This document shows, one piece after another, positions 34,945 to 48,686 of a DNA stretch of 64,000 bases. The notes beneath the pieces are model-generated. The model made no database searches and had not been told where the DNA came from. It was given only the letters and a program-made list of their open reading frames with translations. Source of the stretch: Podarcis erhardii (taxonomy: Eukaryota); assembly GCA_964252035.1 (NCBI GenBank), contig OZ176210.1, one strand, 5' to 3'. The translations under genes were made by a program, and so were the position numbers. Numbering within the stretch: the stretch's first letter is position 1; every line of letters starts with the position of its first letter.

Positions 34945-35640
34945 TGATAAGATTTCTAGCTCACCCTTCCCCATAACATCCCAGGGCAGGTTAAAAGTGT
35001 GAAAATACAATATTAAAACCAGTTAGAACAGCTTACAATCAAAACAAAGTGGGTATTAGAAATATATTTCCCAGATGTCAATGTCAGAGTAAAGAGGTGG
35101 GTCTTAAGTATCATATAATGAAAACAAGAAAATAAAAGGGCCAGGCACCACTCTGTGAGGAGGGAATTCAGAGCTTAGGGGCTGTCTTCTCCTGGGCAAC
35201 CCCCCCCCGGAACTTCAATGGGTGGCAAAATTACCTAAAGGGCCCCATGTGCCAATCTCAATCCCTGACAGAGTATGTAAAAAAGTCGGTGGTCTTTCAG
35301 ATATTTGGACCTAAGTTACTTAGGGCTTTGAACGCTAAAGTGAGCACTCTGAACTGGTCCTTGAAATAAACTGGTAACAAGCACAGCTGTTTTAAAGCAG
35401 GGGTTATATGAGTTCTAAATGATGATTTTGGACCAGTTAAAAGTTTCCAAGGGGAACCCTGTGTGGAATGTGTTGCAATAATCCAACCTGGAAGTTACCA
35501 GAGCATGGAGCAGAGTGACCAAGTCATTTCTGTTGAAAAGGGGGCATATAGCTGCTTGAGCCTCCAGTGATAATGCTGGATCCAGTAGTACCCCCAAGAG
35601 GTCCCTTTTAACACTGTCCAGAACAGGCCATCTCCCCATC
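34945..35640 (-). mobile_element. Degraded L2 LINE 3' fragment
   Basis: Minus ORF 35415-35639 contains LLHALVTSRLDYCN, like the 31076 ORF; frameshifted; boundaries approximate. Confidence 0.7.
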
Positions 35641-36673
35641 TACCAGGGAACTCAGGACACATAACACCCATGTTGTATCAGGATTCAGCTTCTACTTATT
35701 GGCTCACAACCAGCACATCACTGCTTCTAAGCACTGGTCCACCCGACCCCCTCTCTCAATTCTGATGGGATGGAGCAAGAGATGTATGCTCAAGTATAAG
35801 ACTACGATTTGAGAAAAAACAAAACAAACCCAGCGGGAATTCTTAGCCCTGTAAAGACTAATTGACACTATCCAGACCACATGAGGCACTACACCAAGAT
35901 GCCTGCAGACACACTTCCATCAAGGACAAGAGCCAAGTCGTGGGCCTTGTGGGAAAGTGAAAAAACAGTCACCACCAGCCCCAAAACCCTAAGCCTTCCC
36001 AATTCTTTATGCCAATCTGATCTGGAAGAATATCAAACACAGCAATTTCTCTGAGCAGCTCTTACGATAATGTTTATACAACTGTTTCTCGTACTCAGAT
36101 GCAATATTCACATACATGCTTGTAATTACCAAACATACACACAGACATAAATTGTGTCTTTTGCTTTTAATGCTACTCAGAGGTGGCATCGCCCTGCCTG
36201 CAAGCATTTTGAAGGAAAAAGTCATGGTGTAGACATGTGAGCACCCTTCATATTAGATGAGATGCATATGTTTTGCTCTCGTTTTAGAGTAAGACTACAC
36301 CGTGAATCTGCCTTGAGCTTCTGGGTATGAAAGGAAAATCTACCATTTCCAGAAGTGCTTCAGCAATGTGTTTCTGAGAGATATTCCTTCCTCAAATTAT
36401 CTGGAACTACCACCAATTTACCTGTGTACTTATGTGGCCCATTGCTTTAAGGCTAATGGAATGATTGACAGGACCGATAACCAGGACAGATTCTTTGACC
36501 ACCTAGTGCAATATTATCTACTACCTGTCAGCAGATTGGCCAGGTGTCTCTCTCTTCACCCACCACCTTTTTTAAACTGGAGATGCTGGGATCACCTGTA
36601 TGCAAAATGGGTACTCTTATCACCCAATTATTGTCCCTCCAAAATAAGATGCACTTGAAAAGCTTTTCCTTAC

Positions 36674-36862
36674 CTGTGCTTTTCTTTCACAAAGTTTGTA
36701 CACCGTTTCCAAATTAGAATCATTGTGAAGTGGGTGAGAATACATCCTGTGCTCAAATGCTTCTATTTTTTGGATTACTTTCTTCAGACCTGGATCTTTA
36801 ATGCCCATGTCATCAATAGGATCCAGCAAAGGAACACCATCAGGGAACCGTTTCTGCACTTC
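36674..36862 (-). CDS. MTREX: MTREX exon 21
   Basis: ttttaag|GAA GTG...CAG|gtaagg; 189 nt; EVQKRFPDGVPLLDPIDDMGIKD...KAQ. Confidence 0.96.
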
Positions 36863-37203
36863 CTTAAAAGAAAAGACAGATAAAAGCAAATGTTAGGATC
36901 TAATGCTTTTTTAAAAAGTGTTTAAAAGTATGATCTCTATTGCATCATGGCATAAAGAAGATGTTTTCAGATCTCTGAGAGTTGATATCATGTATTGGTT
37001 AACAGACTGGGCTACAAATAATGAACGATCAAGTTTGAATCTCACCTGTGCCATGAACGTCACAGTGGCCTTAGGTATCCGATATGGGCAATAGCAACAC
37101 TGACCTATCTCACAATAAGGATAACAACTAGATCATGAATGTGAAGTACTTTGTTTTTGGAAAAGAAGTGCTATGCACTTTCAGCTTTTCAAAGTTATAG
37201 TAC

Positions 37204-37314
37204 CTGTATTGACTTCAGTACGCTCTGCCTGTTATCAAGAGGCCTCAGGTCTTTGGGTATATATAGGCGAACGCTGCTGATTGCTGACAGAAGATGCACC
37301 AAAACAGGAACAAC
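37204..37314 (-). CDS. MTREX: MTREX exon 20 (KOW/arch)
   Basis: caatag|GTT GTT...CAG|gtacta; 111 nt; VVPVLVHLLSAISSVRLYIPKDLRPLDNRQSVLKSIQ. Confidence 0.96.
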
Positions 37315-39159
37315 CTATTGAAACATATGGTGATGGATGAACTAAAAATGCACATGAATCTGTGATTGCTAAGCAGTTATATTGTTTTGTGCACAGCATA
37401 CATTGAGCATAGCCTAGACTTCTCTTACTTAATACACATAGAGTTTTCAGAGATCATACTACACATGTGTATTTAAATGGTGCCTATTGCGTGTGTTAAG
37501 AACTACAGCATTCATTTGAGCATTGATTTCCTACATAGTGTGTTCAATTGGCTTCACAAGTAGTTTTCCTGAAGAGGGGAGGGGGAGAGGCAAGCTCCAA
37601 AAATAATAAATTCTATTTTAAGATATACTGGAAAATGATGACATCTAAATGATGATTTTATATTTACAACTCTGCCTGACAAGAGAACGTCTCCTACTGA
37701 CCCAAATGGAGTCACTACAATTATCTTCTAACAATGCTCAGTGACAGAATGTGCCCAGCTTGGGGCCAACTGGAATAGTTTCATTATGGCAAAGGCACTT
37801 TTTTCTTCTTCTTAAAGTCCACAAAATAAATTGTCAACTCTGTGTTGGAATGAAGTGAAGGGAAAATGTCTTTAATGTTTAATGGCTGCATGAAAAAGGG
37901 AACTTTTCTCCTGTCAAGCCAACAAATAGTTTAACAGACTCTCAGAGCCCGCCTAAAAATAATTAAAAAAAGTCAACAGAATATTAAGGGGCAGATCTTG
38001 GGATTTACCATTGAAGCCTGCTATAAGCTTGAATAATCTTTTTTTTTTTTCAAGGGCAGGGGGAGATGGGGGTTGAAGTAGCTTTGCTTTAGCTGAAGAG
38101 TTCTAAATCACTGTTATGCATCCTCTGTTCTATGTAAACTCACTGTTATGCTGTCAGAGAATGGTTAAGGCACAGAAAAAAGAAGGAAGACAAGCTATGG
38201 ATGTAAAATAATCCATCTAGCTACCTAATAGTTCATGCAATATTTCTAAGTCTTGGGATAAAATACACAGAATATAAATTATAGGCCATTTCCCAATTTT
38301 TACGAATCACTTGTGAATATAGCTATGTATATTTGAAAGTTAACCCTAAATGATGGGGAGGGGGGGGGGAATTAATAAATGAAAATGCAACAGTTTTTCA
38401 CTCCATCTTGGCTAAATGTATTATTAGCCAGGCAAGGAACTGCATATAAGATAGGGTGGGGGGGGGGGGATGGTTTTTTTTTTTTTTAAAAAAAAAAAAA
38501 ACCCGAACAAAAACCAATGCATTACATTGCAGAATTGTATGATCAACTAAAATCTAGTTACCAACTGCCTCTTGGAGGGTTGGGGGACTGAATTTGGAAT
38601 CAGAAGATTCTGTCAACACTTTTGTGCCATTTTATAGCATTGTTTTAACGTCTGCTACTTACTGCACATGGCCTTGGGCCGTTCTTTAGAAAGACGGCTG
38701 CGATATTTTCAGAGCAACCTGAGCAGCTCAACCCTCATGGATAATAGCTGGGTTTATCTTAATCTTTTTCCATTTGGTTGTACACCTATTGCATTTATTG
38801 TACACAGCTGCATTCCTTCCTACTTTTGGGACGACCCTTATAGTTATGTGAATAACCTGATCACCCATCTACCCAGCAGGGAATGCTGCAAGATGCAATT
38901 TCATTGAGTTAGACTTTCACAACCCATAGACCACTGCACCATCTTTTACATCAAAACCACTTCTGTGATTTCCACTGAGAAGCAAACCACTCTTCAGCAA
39001 ACGTTTGAGTCCACACCTATCCCCAGGCAGTGACATGGGACCTACTTGTTATTATCAATGTATGTCTATCGTTCTTCCATACTCAGGGTTGCCATATTTC
39101 AAAAAGTGAAAAGCCATACAATTGTTGTTTTAATTACTTTATGGGGGGGGGAATCTCAC

Positions 39160-39288
39160 CTGCATCTCCCCTTTTTCATCGGGTTTTGCTGGTTTTGCAG
39201 CTTCAGTTGCAGAATTTTTTAAGCTTTCTTTGCTACAGTGCAGGAGGACTTCAGCAACATAGAGTGGGTCCAGCTCACCAGAGTTAGG
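39160..39288 (-). CDS. MTREX: MTREX exon 19 (KOW/arch)
   Basis: ctgtag|CCT AAC...CAG|gtgaga; 129 nt; PNSGELDPLYVAEVLLHCSKESLKNSATEAAKPAKPDEKGEMQ. Confidence 0.95.
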
Positions 39289-41593
39289 CTACAGTGGTAG
39301 CAAGAAACCAAGTTAGTATGAATAAGGAGTTATTCTTTAACACTAGTAAAAGAAGCGTGAGAAACAAGAATGTTTCCATTAGTTAAGTTCTAAATATTCT
39401 TTGACTAATATCAAATTATATAGCTCCACATGTTGTTATTCTATATAAACCTGAGAATATTGATATAAATCCACAATAGCTCCTTGGCCGAGGTGGACTA
39501 TAAGGCTCTTGATCAAATGAAGTCAATCTTTGCTATGGCAAGTTGTTAAGAATTATTAGCTTTTGTTTGCGAGCCTCTTTCGATCCATAGCTACACAGAT
39601 CACTCAGTCTATGGCTCTCTGCCAAAATTTGACAGGAAATCTGAAGAGGGTCAAAACTCCAGAAAGCTTGAGGATTATTCAAAATCACAACAGAAGCTCA
39701 GTTAGTATACTGAAGATCATGAAATGGTCTAAAAGGATACTAGCATAGTTAAAGAACAGAGTCAAAGAAGCTCTTGGAGGCAAGAAGGTTTCCTTCATAA
39801 AACGTATAAAAGCTTAATGAATTATTTGCATCTTTCTTCACTGCGGAAATGGAGGGCAAATTATATAACTGCCAAAATGTTTTTTCCAAGAAGGGAATCT
39901 GAAGAACTGAGGATAGCAGTTTGTGATGAGAGCTGAAGTTCTAGAGCTAGAGCCTTATTGACAAACCTAAAACTGACAAATCACCAGGTCTAAATATTAC
40001 CCATCCAGGAGTTTTTAAATATACAAAACTGCTTAACTTCTAACAAAAATTATGGATAAGGAAGGACAAAATCCAGGAAAGCGGATTGTTTTAGCAAGCC
40101 TAATATGTAGCAATATTGCTGCTTCTCCTAAAGTGACCTGAGTTGTAGTTTTGGGCCAACTATTATTTGTGGTAACTGCTGATTTTTGCTTCCCCGACCC
40201 CCAAACTGACTGGCATGTGCAGAAGGCTCAAGAGAGGACCTGGCCTCTCTTCCCACACTGATTTTGAGGCACTCATGAACAGTAAGAATCTTTCACAGTA
40301 TCTTGGAAGACCTCCTCCTTCCCCCAAGTTCTAATCCTAAGAACTTGAGAGATGGGCAACTGTTGTCTCTCTCAAGTCCCAACCAGCACAGTGTGAAGCC
40401 AATTCAGAGTTCTCCCTGATGCAAAGAAAACGTGGAAGAGGCGGGGTATTTCGCTTTATGCTGGGAGGCAACCAGGGGCAGGTATTTGCCAGAAAGGGAT
40501 CTGTGGTTACCGTTGCTCACCTAGACCACAATTTAGTTGCCAATGGCTGCGTTTCAAGTATTTATATATAAAAGGCAGATACAGCAAAAGCCTGTTGGCA
40601 AAGGATCAAATCAGAGGGCAAGAAGTGAAACACCTCACCTCATCATACGGCATGCTATGGATATTTGCGTCTCACTTCCTTTTGAGAAAAGAAAAGAGGC
40701 TTTGCTTGACAGGGGATAGCATGTGAAGAGGACTATCAGAAGACACTGGAAGAATTTCACACTGTATCACAGATAGCTTTAAAATGGCCAGTTGTAAACA
40801 GAAACACATGATTTGTTCCACTATTAGATTACCCAATAATCAAAGTATTTATTCATAAAGACAGTTGTGGATAATACCATCCTATTTCGTACAAAAGATA
40901 TTTACAGCAGCTGTTTTAATTTTGGTTTAAAGAGCTCTGTTTACTTGTGTCATCTGAACTGCATTTGAAAATGCAACCCATATGTGGAAAAGCAGCTTTA
41001 AGCCAACATGTTAAAACATGTGCTGTTTACTCAAACTTGGAACAGGCTGACATATGCATAAAATACTCTAAGGGCACACAAAACAACCAATACCCGGTTA
41101 CATCATCAGTGCTGGCTGCACTTTAAAACAGGTAGCCAAGTATGTCATGCAGAAAACTCCAAAAGGGAGTCTTTTTAAATTCTGCTGGTAACATACAGCG
41201 TGCGTTACACAGGAGAAAAGAGAAAGATGCAAGTTAAAATAGCAATAATACAAAGTTAGCCTGTCACCATTAAAAAAAATAAATCCAAATTATCTGGGTC
41301 CCATCAATATCTTAAAAATTAATCAAAACAGCAAGTGAGAGTAGGCAGCGCTAGGAAATCTGAGGACATTATTCCTATTTTAAAGTAACAAAGAGTTTAC
41401 ATGGCATCTAAATATGAAAAGTTGTTCTAATACTGGCAATAAAAAAAAAGCACAGGGAAATACAGGATTCCTTGAGCAGATGGTAGCATATTAGTTATGA
41501 ACTCTGAAGTGTCATTTTAAAATATGGTTTTTTTTCCAATCAGGTATATATTTATCTACCAGTGGAAGAAAAGGCCATCAGATATTGTTTTAC

Positions 41594-41662
41594 CTTCACA
41601 TTTGATTTCTTGGAGAAGTTCACCACCACGCCCCAGCCAAAGTCATCATCTTCATTTTTCAC
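41594..41662 (-). CDS. MTREX: MTREX exon 18 (KOW/arch)
   Basis: gattttag|GTG AAA...AAG|gtaaaa; 69 nt; VKNEDDDFGWGVVVNFSKKSNVK. Confidence 0.95.
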
Positions 41663-42847
41663 CTAAAATCAAAATCAAGCTTGTATATAAAGCTGCATCT
41701 GAAACAATAATTTATAACATATTCTGACCTTAAGGGAAATTACATCATTTGTAATACAGACGGTTGCGAACGATCACCAAGTCCAGAAGTGAATTTGGAA
41801 AGAAAGTTGGTAATTATATTGTTCACTTCAAGGACAGCTGAGAAATCTGTGAAAATTGCACCCGCCCACCCCTCTCCCCGCTCCAGCAGAAGCCCTTCTG
41901 TTTGTGGGGTGGCAAATGTGGATCCAAGCCAAGAAAATTAACAATCAATAAATGTAACAGCTACATGTGTAAACAGCTGCCAAACAGCAATATGCTGGCC
42001 ACTTGGGCTGGATTCAAGTAACCAGTCCTGTTAGTGGAAGTCAGCTACTACAACAGGGCTTTCCCTGTTTCTTTTCTCTGCCCCACAACCCGTTTGGCTG
42101 TAGAGGGGTAGGATAATCCCACAAATAGTGGGCGGTTGGGTGGGATCATTTCATTATCACTTCTCAAGATATATCACATTAATCTCCTATGTAGTGCAAT
42201 GCCTAGTATTAGAGAGGCAGCAATATGACCCATAATGGAGCTAGCTGTGCATGGGTGACAGTAGGAAGGTATTTCTTTATAAACAAGACTAGAATTGACT
42301 TTTCCAATTTCAGGGGGAAAATGACGAACTAAGATTTATAAATAATATTTTTTTCCTAATCATGCTAAATGTCCCGAAACAAACACATAAAGCAAATACC
42401 ACACATAAAGCAAAACTCTCAGAAACATACTCCTAACAAAAGATACAATTTATATGAACGAGGGAAGGGGGAGGAAACTCTAGATAAAACCAAAACAAAA
42501 CAAAACACAAATAAATACAAAATTTACAATGTGAACTTCGGAGATACCTCTTCTTTCCTGTGGATATTTTTCTCGGTATGATGATATGTTTTGATATTAT
42601 TAATAATTTTATTATGCTGCACTGTTTCTGAAATGTTTCATTATATAGTAGTTATTACTATTACTTATTGTTAATAAATTTCCTTGTGCATCTCATTAAT
42701 GGAGTGTTAAGATCCACAGGTGCAAAACCCCAACATTATGATGGCATAGGAGCCTCGTAGAAGAACTGGATGGTAAAATGCTTGTGTTTCTACTTTAGCA
42801 GAATGCACATTACAAAAACATAGAAGTGGGGGAGGGAAACTACTTAC

Positions 42848-43020
42848 TTTTACCAGCCTCCCTGGCTGTAAAAATGGCAAGCAGTACTTTGGCTTGTGAA
42901 TGTACTCTTCTATTTCTTTACCCAGTTTAGCCAACTGTTGTCTGATTTTATAGTAAATGACCACATTTTCCTCATTTGGAATTTCAATCTCATTGTACTG
43001 CTGTTCCAACTTACTGACCT
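42848..43020 (-). CDS. MTREX: MTREX exon 17 (arch stalk)
   Basis: tttgcag|AG GTC...AAA|gtaagt; 173 nt; VSKLEQQYNEIEIPNEENVVIYYKIRQQLAKLGKEIEEYIHKPKYCLPFLQPGRLVK. Confidence 0.96.
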
Positions 43021-43969
43021 CTGCAAATAAATATTGTAAAACAAACAGATTATATGAAGCGCACAATATGGTAGCAAACCATGGGCAAGAGTATTCCTCA
43101 AGGAAACACACTATCCATATGTAGAAGAATCTCTCCCCCCCCCCCCGAGCATCTCATTTCCCCTCCATTTCCTTCCTCTTCCTGGCAGGGGCCCTCAACA
43201 CCCCAGGGTGTTACAGGGAATAACCTGGTGCAGTACCAGCATGGCTACTGGGGGTGGGACGGGGACAGAGAAGGGGGATTCTTCTATCCTCTATGAGGCT
43301 GCCTCTGGGTGTTGCACCCATGCAGAGAAGGGTACTGGCTTACTATTAAAAATTATTTTGTTGGAGAATATTCAATGCTCACTTCTAAGGACTTCTTTAC
43401 AATTTAAGTGCACACTCAATATATGCTAGAAAATAGAATACACAAAGTGTGAATGCAACAGAATTGTGCCAGCAAACAGATGCACTGTATAGGGATGCTT
43501 GTCAGAAAGCTGCATTCGCAGCATTCAGCACTTGGTTTGTTAAAGATTTGAACATCTGAAACCTTCCTTCAGCTGTACTCAGTGGCCGGGGATCTGGCAA
43601 GCAGGCAATGAGTCCTGTATATCCAAGGAGACTTTGGGCTTGTGTTCTTTCAACAACAACCTCCTGCCTCCGCCCACTCCAGATGCAAGATGGCAAATTC
43701 CTTTTGAAAGGGAGGTCACTTGCAAAAGCAGCTTATGATCTGGCAAGGGCATCTGTTATTAAAAGAAAGTAAGACAGAAAAATCCATGGAACATTCCCAG
43801 GCTTTTAGGATCCTGGCAATTGGGGCGAATAATGGTTCTTGTCAACTAATTTCATATTCATTAGTAACATGTCAACTGGCTCTGTGGCGAATACTGTGCA
43901 GGTAAGCCCTTTGAACAGAAATCACAGTCGGCAAATTGACGAAACAATTAAGTATTTCACATAACTTAC

Positions 43970-44120
43970 TTTCAACTACTCCTGGAATAGCTCTGTAATG
44001 TTGGAATTGGTAAAATGATTTCTCTAACATGTATTCCGGGTTAATTTCTTCCACACGCAGCAGATTTAATACCATGTTGTATGTCAAATGGAAAGCACTA
44101 TTTAGAGGGTCAGCAGATCC
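43970..44120 (-). CDS. MTREX: MTREX exon 16
   Basis: ttttag|GGA TCT...GAA A|gtaagt; 151 nt; [50 protein letters not shown]. Confidence 0.96.
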
Positions 44121-47074
44121 CTAAAAGAGAGAACTAAGATGAGCAAAAGCAGGCAACATTCATGTTTAAAACATTTTATCTTGGAAATACAAATGGAAGC
44201 CTGGCATTTCAAATCCCCAAATTATTCTTTACGGTATGTTCACATGCAATTTATATATTGCAAGAATCATGCAAGTGTTCCAGGATAGTATTTGAAGGTA
44301 AGCATTACAGAGAGAGACAGACAAACCTAGTGGATCTCTGTAACGCTTACCTGGGAATGGCAGGGAGTGTGTTGCCTATGGAGCAGCCTGCCATTCCCAG
44401 AAATGGGAGAAATTCACGTGCAAAGAAAAGTTACTGGACTAGGGCCTATGGCTGCAGTGTTCCTTTCACACTTGAGAGATCATGTTAATCCATCTAAGAA
44501 AAGCTGAGAAAAGTCTCACAAAAAGTAAGAATGTCATCCTAACACATACAAAGAGAAAAACTACATCTGAACTTGAAGTCAGTCTTTCACTTGCATTATT
44601 TAATAATGATTCCACCCTCTTAAAATATCAACTTAAATTTTATATGTATCCAACTAAAAGAACAGAAAGGAACCATTATGAATAATCTGGATAATCTCTA
44701 AGGAAATTAAAAAGCACAAAATGCAAAGGTTGAATGTATGGCTTCAACTTTAAGTGACTGTATTCATTTTTTGAGGTCGGGGGGGGGGAGACAACAAAAT
44801 AGAAGAATGTAGGATTACGAACCAGGGAAGATTTAAAAAACAAAACAAATTTAAAAACTAACCCACCAATGACAGACGCCTGCTATATTTGTATAAAAAG
44901 AAAATTTGAGTAGCTAGGTTAAAGCTAATTTAGCAGCTATTATAGATTATGAATGGAAAGCTGCTGCCACAAGGAGAAATTGTGAGCTTCTGCTCAGCAT
45001 TATTTTTACCAAGAGGCATACTGTAAATGGATCAAGTGTGGAAGAGCTAGCAATATTGGCTCCACCCCCTGACATAGGCAAAGGGCTCTTTAGCCCACTG
45101 CTCCTCAGGGTGATCAGCAACAGAGGCCTGGGCAAAGCTATTCCCTTACAAACTTCAACTGCTCCAGGGTACTGAGCTGCTGAAATGGTCTTTTATCATT
45201 GCTTGCACTGTCTTGCACGCAGTAACCTAGTTTGACCTTTCTGTGTTATCTGTAACTTCCCAGTTGTAAGTCTGGTACTGCAGAAATGGTGGTTTCGCAT
45301 CCTAGTTAAGAAACCAAGATTACAGCACAGTTCACACATTTGGAACTAACAGGAAACTGTGGTTTAAACAAACCATGATAGAAACAATGAACAATGCACA
45401 CAAGGGAAAGAAAGAGGGGAGAAGATGAGGGCCAATGATAGCTCTCAGCTTAATAATGGTAAAAGTCGTTCTTTTCTTCCTTGAGGGTGAAAGACTTTCC
45501 CATTGATGTAGAATGGAATACCAATCACATTTCGTAATGCTCTAAGAAGGGAGTTTATTTTGAGGCAATTTATTTATTAAATCCCATGTTTCCTCAAGGC
45601 ACTCAAGACGTTTACATTGTTCTCTCTTCTGTCTATCCTCACAGCAGGCCTATGACGTACTTTACAATGAGAGTATAGGGTGGCTCAAAGTCACCTAGCA
45701 TCATTGCCAAGCAAGGATATCTGAACCTACATCCCCTCAGTCCTATACTCCAACTATTCAACAAAGTTTGGACCATACGTCAAAGATTTGCTGGTACTCA
45801 ACCAAAGACAAAGCTGGTTCAAGACTAAGTCAAGGGTGGCTGTGTTGGGACTGAGGTGGAAGAAGCCTCAAACTTGTATATTTTCTCCTTCCCTCTGGGG
45901 TGGATATGAGTTGGAAATCATTCCAACCTCATAAAACTGTGATAAAACTTCACTATGGTTTGTTTGAAACAAGTCCAACTTGTTTCATATCATGGGTTAT
46001 GAAGTCGGTTTGTCTGAAACAATCCATAGCCAAGATTAGCCAAGGTTGACATATAACACTAAATTGCAGTTAATAAAAAATGGAAGCAAAAGCCTCTCCT
46101 CACAATTGTGCTGGGGGCAGGAGAAGCAGGTGACACAAAGGCTTATTGCAACTTGTTTCTGTCATGATAAATCATGAGGTCTACCGTAAGGACTGAACTA
46201 GCCCAAAGTTACCTCAAAACACATGCCCCACCCCCTTTGTATGGTTGTAGGATGCCAATTACAAAAGGTTATTGCAAATTGCACGAGATGGATAGAATCA
46301 GATTGCCAACTGTAGTTTGTGACTTCAAGGAACCTGACAGTGAAGGAAGAAAAATAAAGACTTGAATTCAGGGCTTTGAGATGTGTTTTATTCAATGTGT
46401 GCATACTGCATTACAGCTAAAACTGATGACAGCTTCCCAGGAAGTTTCCCATTTTCGCACACACTACTTGTTGTTATGGCCTTAATGGCTAAAATAATAA
46501 ACATTTAACTAACACTTTTACTTTAACATCCTTCCCACCCAGTTTTGTTTTCTTTTTTTTTTAACTGAAAAGCACACCATAAAATACTGCACTATGACCA
46601 ATTTGGCAAACACAAAGCAGTTGCCAAGGAATTTAATTTGGGCAATAAAGCAATCTGGCACCTGCAGAGTGAGCAAAGAAAAAGGGGAAACACTAACAGC
46701 TCAACATTTTCCAGAGATGGAAAAGCACATCAAACATAGCTACGTAGGCTTCAAACTATATGACACAGGGTGGACCAACGACTATCTTCCATGGTATGTT
46801 TTTTCTTCTTCTTTACAGGAATCCCTGTATTTCGCTGCTGGGCTTTAAATTTTCAGAGGAAGGGTGAATGCTCAGGAACTCCAAACCTCCTCCCCACCAA
46901 CCATTGAAAATTGCTAGGGAACTTAATTCTGCCTGTTGTTCAGCAACTGTAACGAACTGTGCTAAAAGCTACAGTGCTTTTTTAAAGACAGATGGAATTC
47001 AAATACAGTAAAAAATAAAAGAAGGAATAAAATACAATTAAAAACGAGTATGAATAGTACACAGGGACAGGTGA

Positions 47075-47330
47075 GAAGAGCCTGCTGTATCAGGCCAATG
47101 GGCCATCCAGATCTCACAATGGCCAACCAGGTGCCTGCAGCAAACCTGCAACCAGGGTCCAAACACAAGAGGACTCTCCCCTTCTGTGGCTCCCAGCAAC
47201 TAGCATTCAGAAGCGTACTGCCTCTGACTGGGGAGGCAGAGCTTCTGACATGGAGGCAAAGAGGTTATTGCCCCCTCTCCACTCACCACATGGCTGATCT
47301 GATGAGCAGACCATTTGCTTTGTCATCATG
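47075..47330 (-). mobile_element. CR1 3' fragment
   Basis: agaagagcctgctg...gcattcagaagcgtactgcctctga is the reverse complement of the CR1 3'UTR motif at about 4450-4480. Confidence 0.6.
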
Positions 47331-48686
47331 ATGCTGGACAATGGTTGAAACCTCTGCACCCTGGTGGGAATGAAAACCACCCACTCCAAACACATCCAAC
47401 TCAAGCATCTGATGAGCAGGAAGAGAGTAATGAGAAGTGCTTGGATACAGGGAAGAAGAAGCCCCAAGAAAACCAGATGCTGGCATAGCCACCCCTCAAG
47501 TTCCCTGGCACCACTGCTCATGTGTGCTGCGTTCCAAACATTTCCTCCCACTGCAGTCACCTTCTCTATAAGACTTGGAGCCATCATGTGCTTCATCTGC
47601 CTCCCAGCCCTAATCCTCAGTGTGGAAGAGGACACATAAGGACATGTGTGCACTTAAGCAGGCCTACTCGGACGTAAGTTCTCTGGGCACAGTGTTGTGC
47701 CCAGAACTGCATTTATTACCCACCCTCCCTCTTTACTTCCAAACTCTTACAGGAACGCCTGGTTATCACCACTACAACACCTAACTGCAGTTTGTGTGAA
47801 AGGGAAGGCAGATGCAACCTCTTTCGGTGCTGTTTCCCAGAAGCTGCAAATGGTAGCAGCTCTAGTAATGCTGGTTCTAGCACCTCAGCCAATTCCACTG
47901 TGATTAGCAAAATTGGGGGGGGGTGGCAGATCCAGCCCACCCTTTGCCACCACTGTTCTAGAAGCACTGAATAACTGCTGTCACTTCTTCTGTCTGAGGT
48001 GAACAACACTGCCTGATGTGTTTCTTTAGGGGCAACCTTGATTGCAAATGATCATAAAAATTTGGTAACGAAAACAACCTATAAGATACCATTGTCAGAA
48101 TGCATGTAATTCTACTAGATAGAGGAACTACATACAGATTTAAGGACGTGATTCTGTAGTTTCCTGAAATGCAAGTCCGTGATATGCTGCCTGGTAGATT
48201 TAAAATAAGCCTGCCTGGAACAAACATTTAAAAATGGGTTTGAATTGAAATTATTCTAGCTGCTGTGCTCTGAGTAGCAAAGCACTGAACATACTGACTG
48301 CTGCTGAACTGCCCTGGCTATTCATCCATGCCAGGCTCTGGGCTGGCAGGTCACATCCCTTGGCAAACTGAGGTCAGTTAAGTTTTCAAAGCCTGCCCAC
48401 ACATGGAGATGCTTGGAAACATATGCGAATGAGCTTGATGCAAAACCAGACAAGCCTGCAATTAAGTCTGTGTGTTCAGCTGATGTTTACACATGGGCTC
48501 TACACAGCTGGACAGATTCCACTGGCAGCAGCTTGAAGGTTTGTGTCTCTGTCTTGTCATAAACACAGAGATCAGGAGACGATTTCCAACAAGAGATTAG
48601 CTTTGGGGGTCGACTGTAAAATATAGGCTCCTCCAGTAAGAAATAATATGAAGGAAAACTGAATGAGAATGAATACAACAGAGCAG

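Noticed and set aside
40326-40377. Overlapping hairpins (AAGTTCT/AGAACTT and ACTTGAGAGA/TCTCTCAAGT)
   Set aside because: Short stems of the size expected by chance, probably within a degraded repeat.
47207-47653. 148-aa minus-strand ORF in MTREX intron 15
   Set aside because: Partly within a CR1 fragment, no recognisable domain, and overlapping ORFs in several frames.
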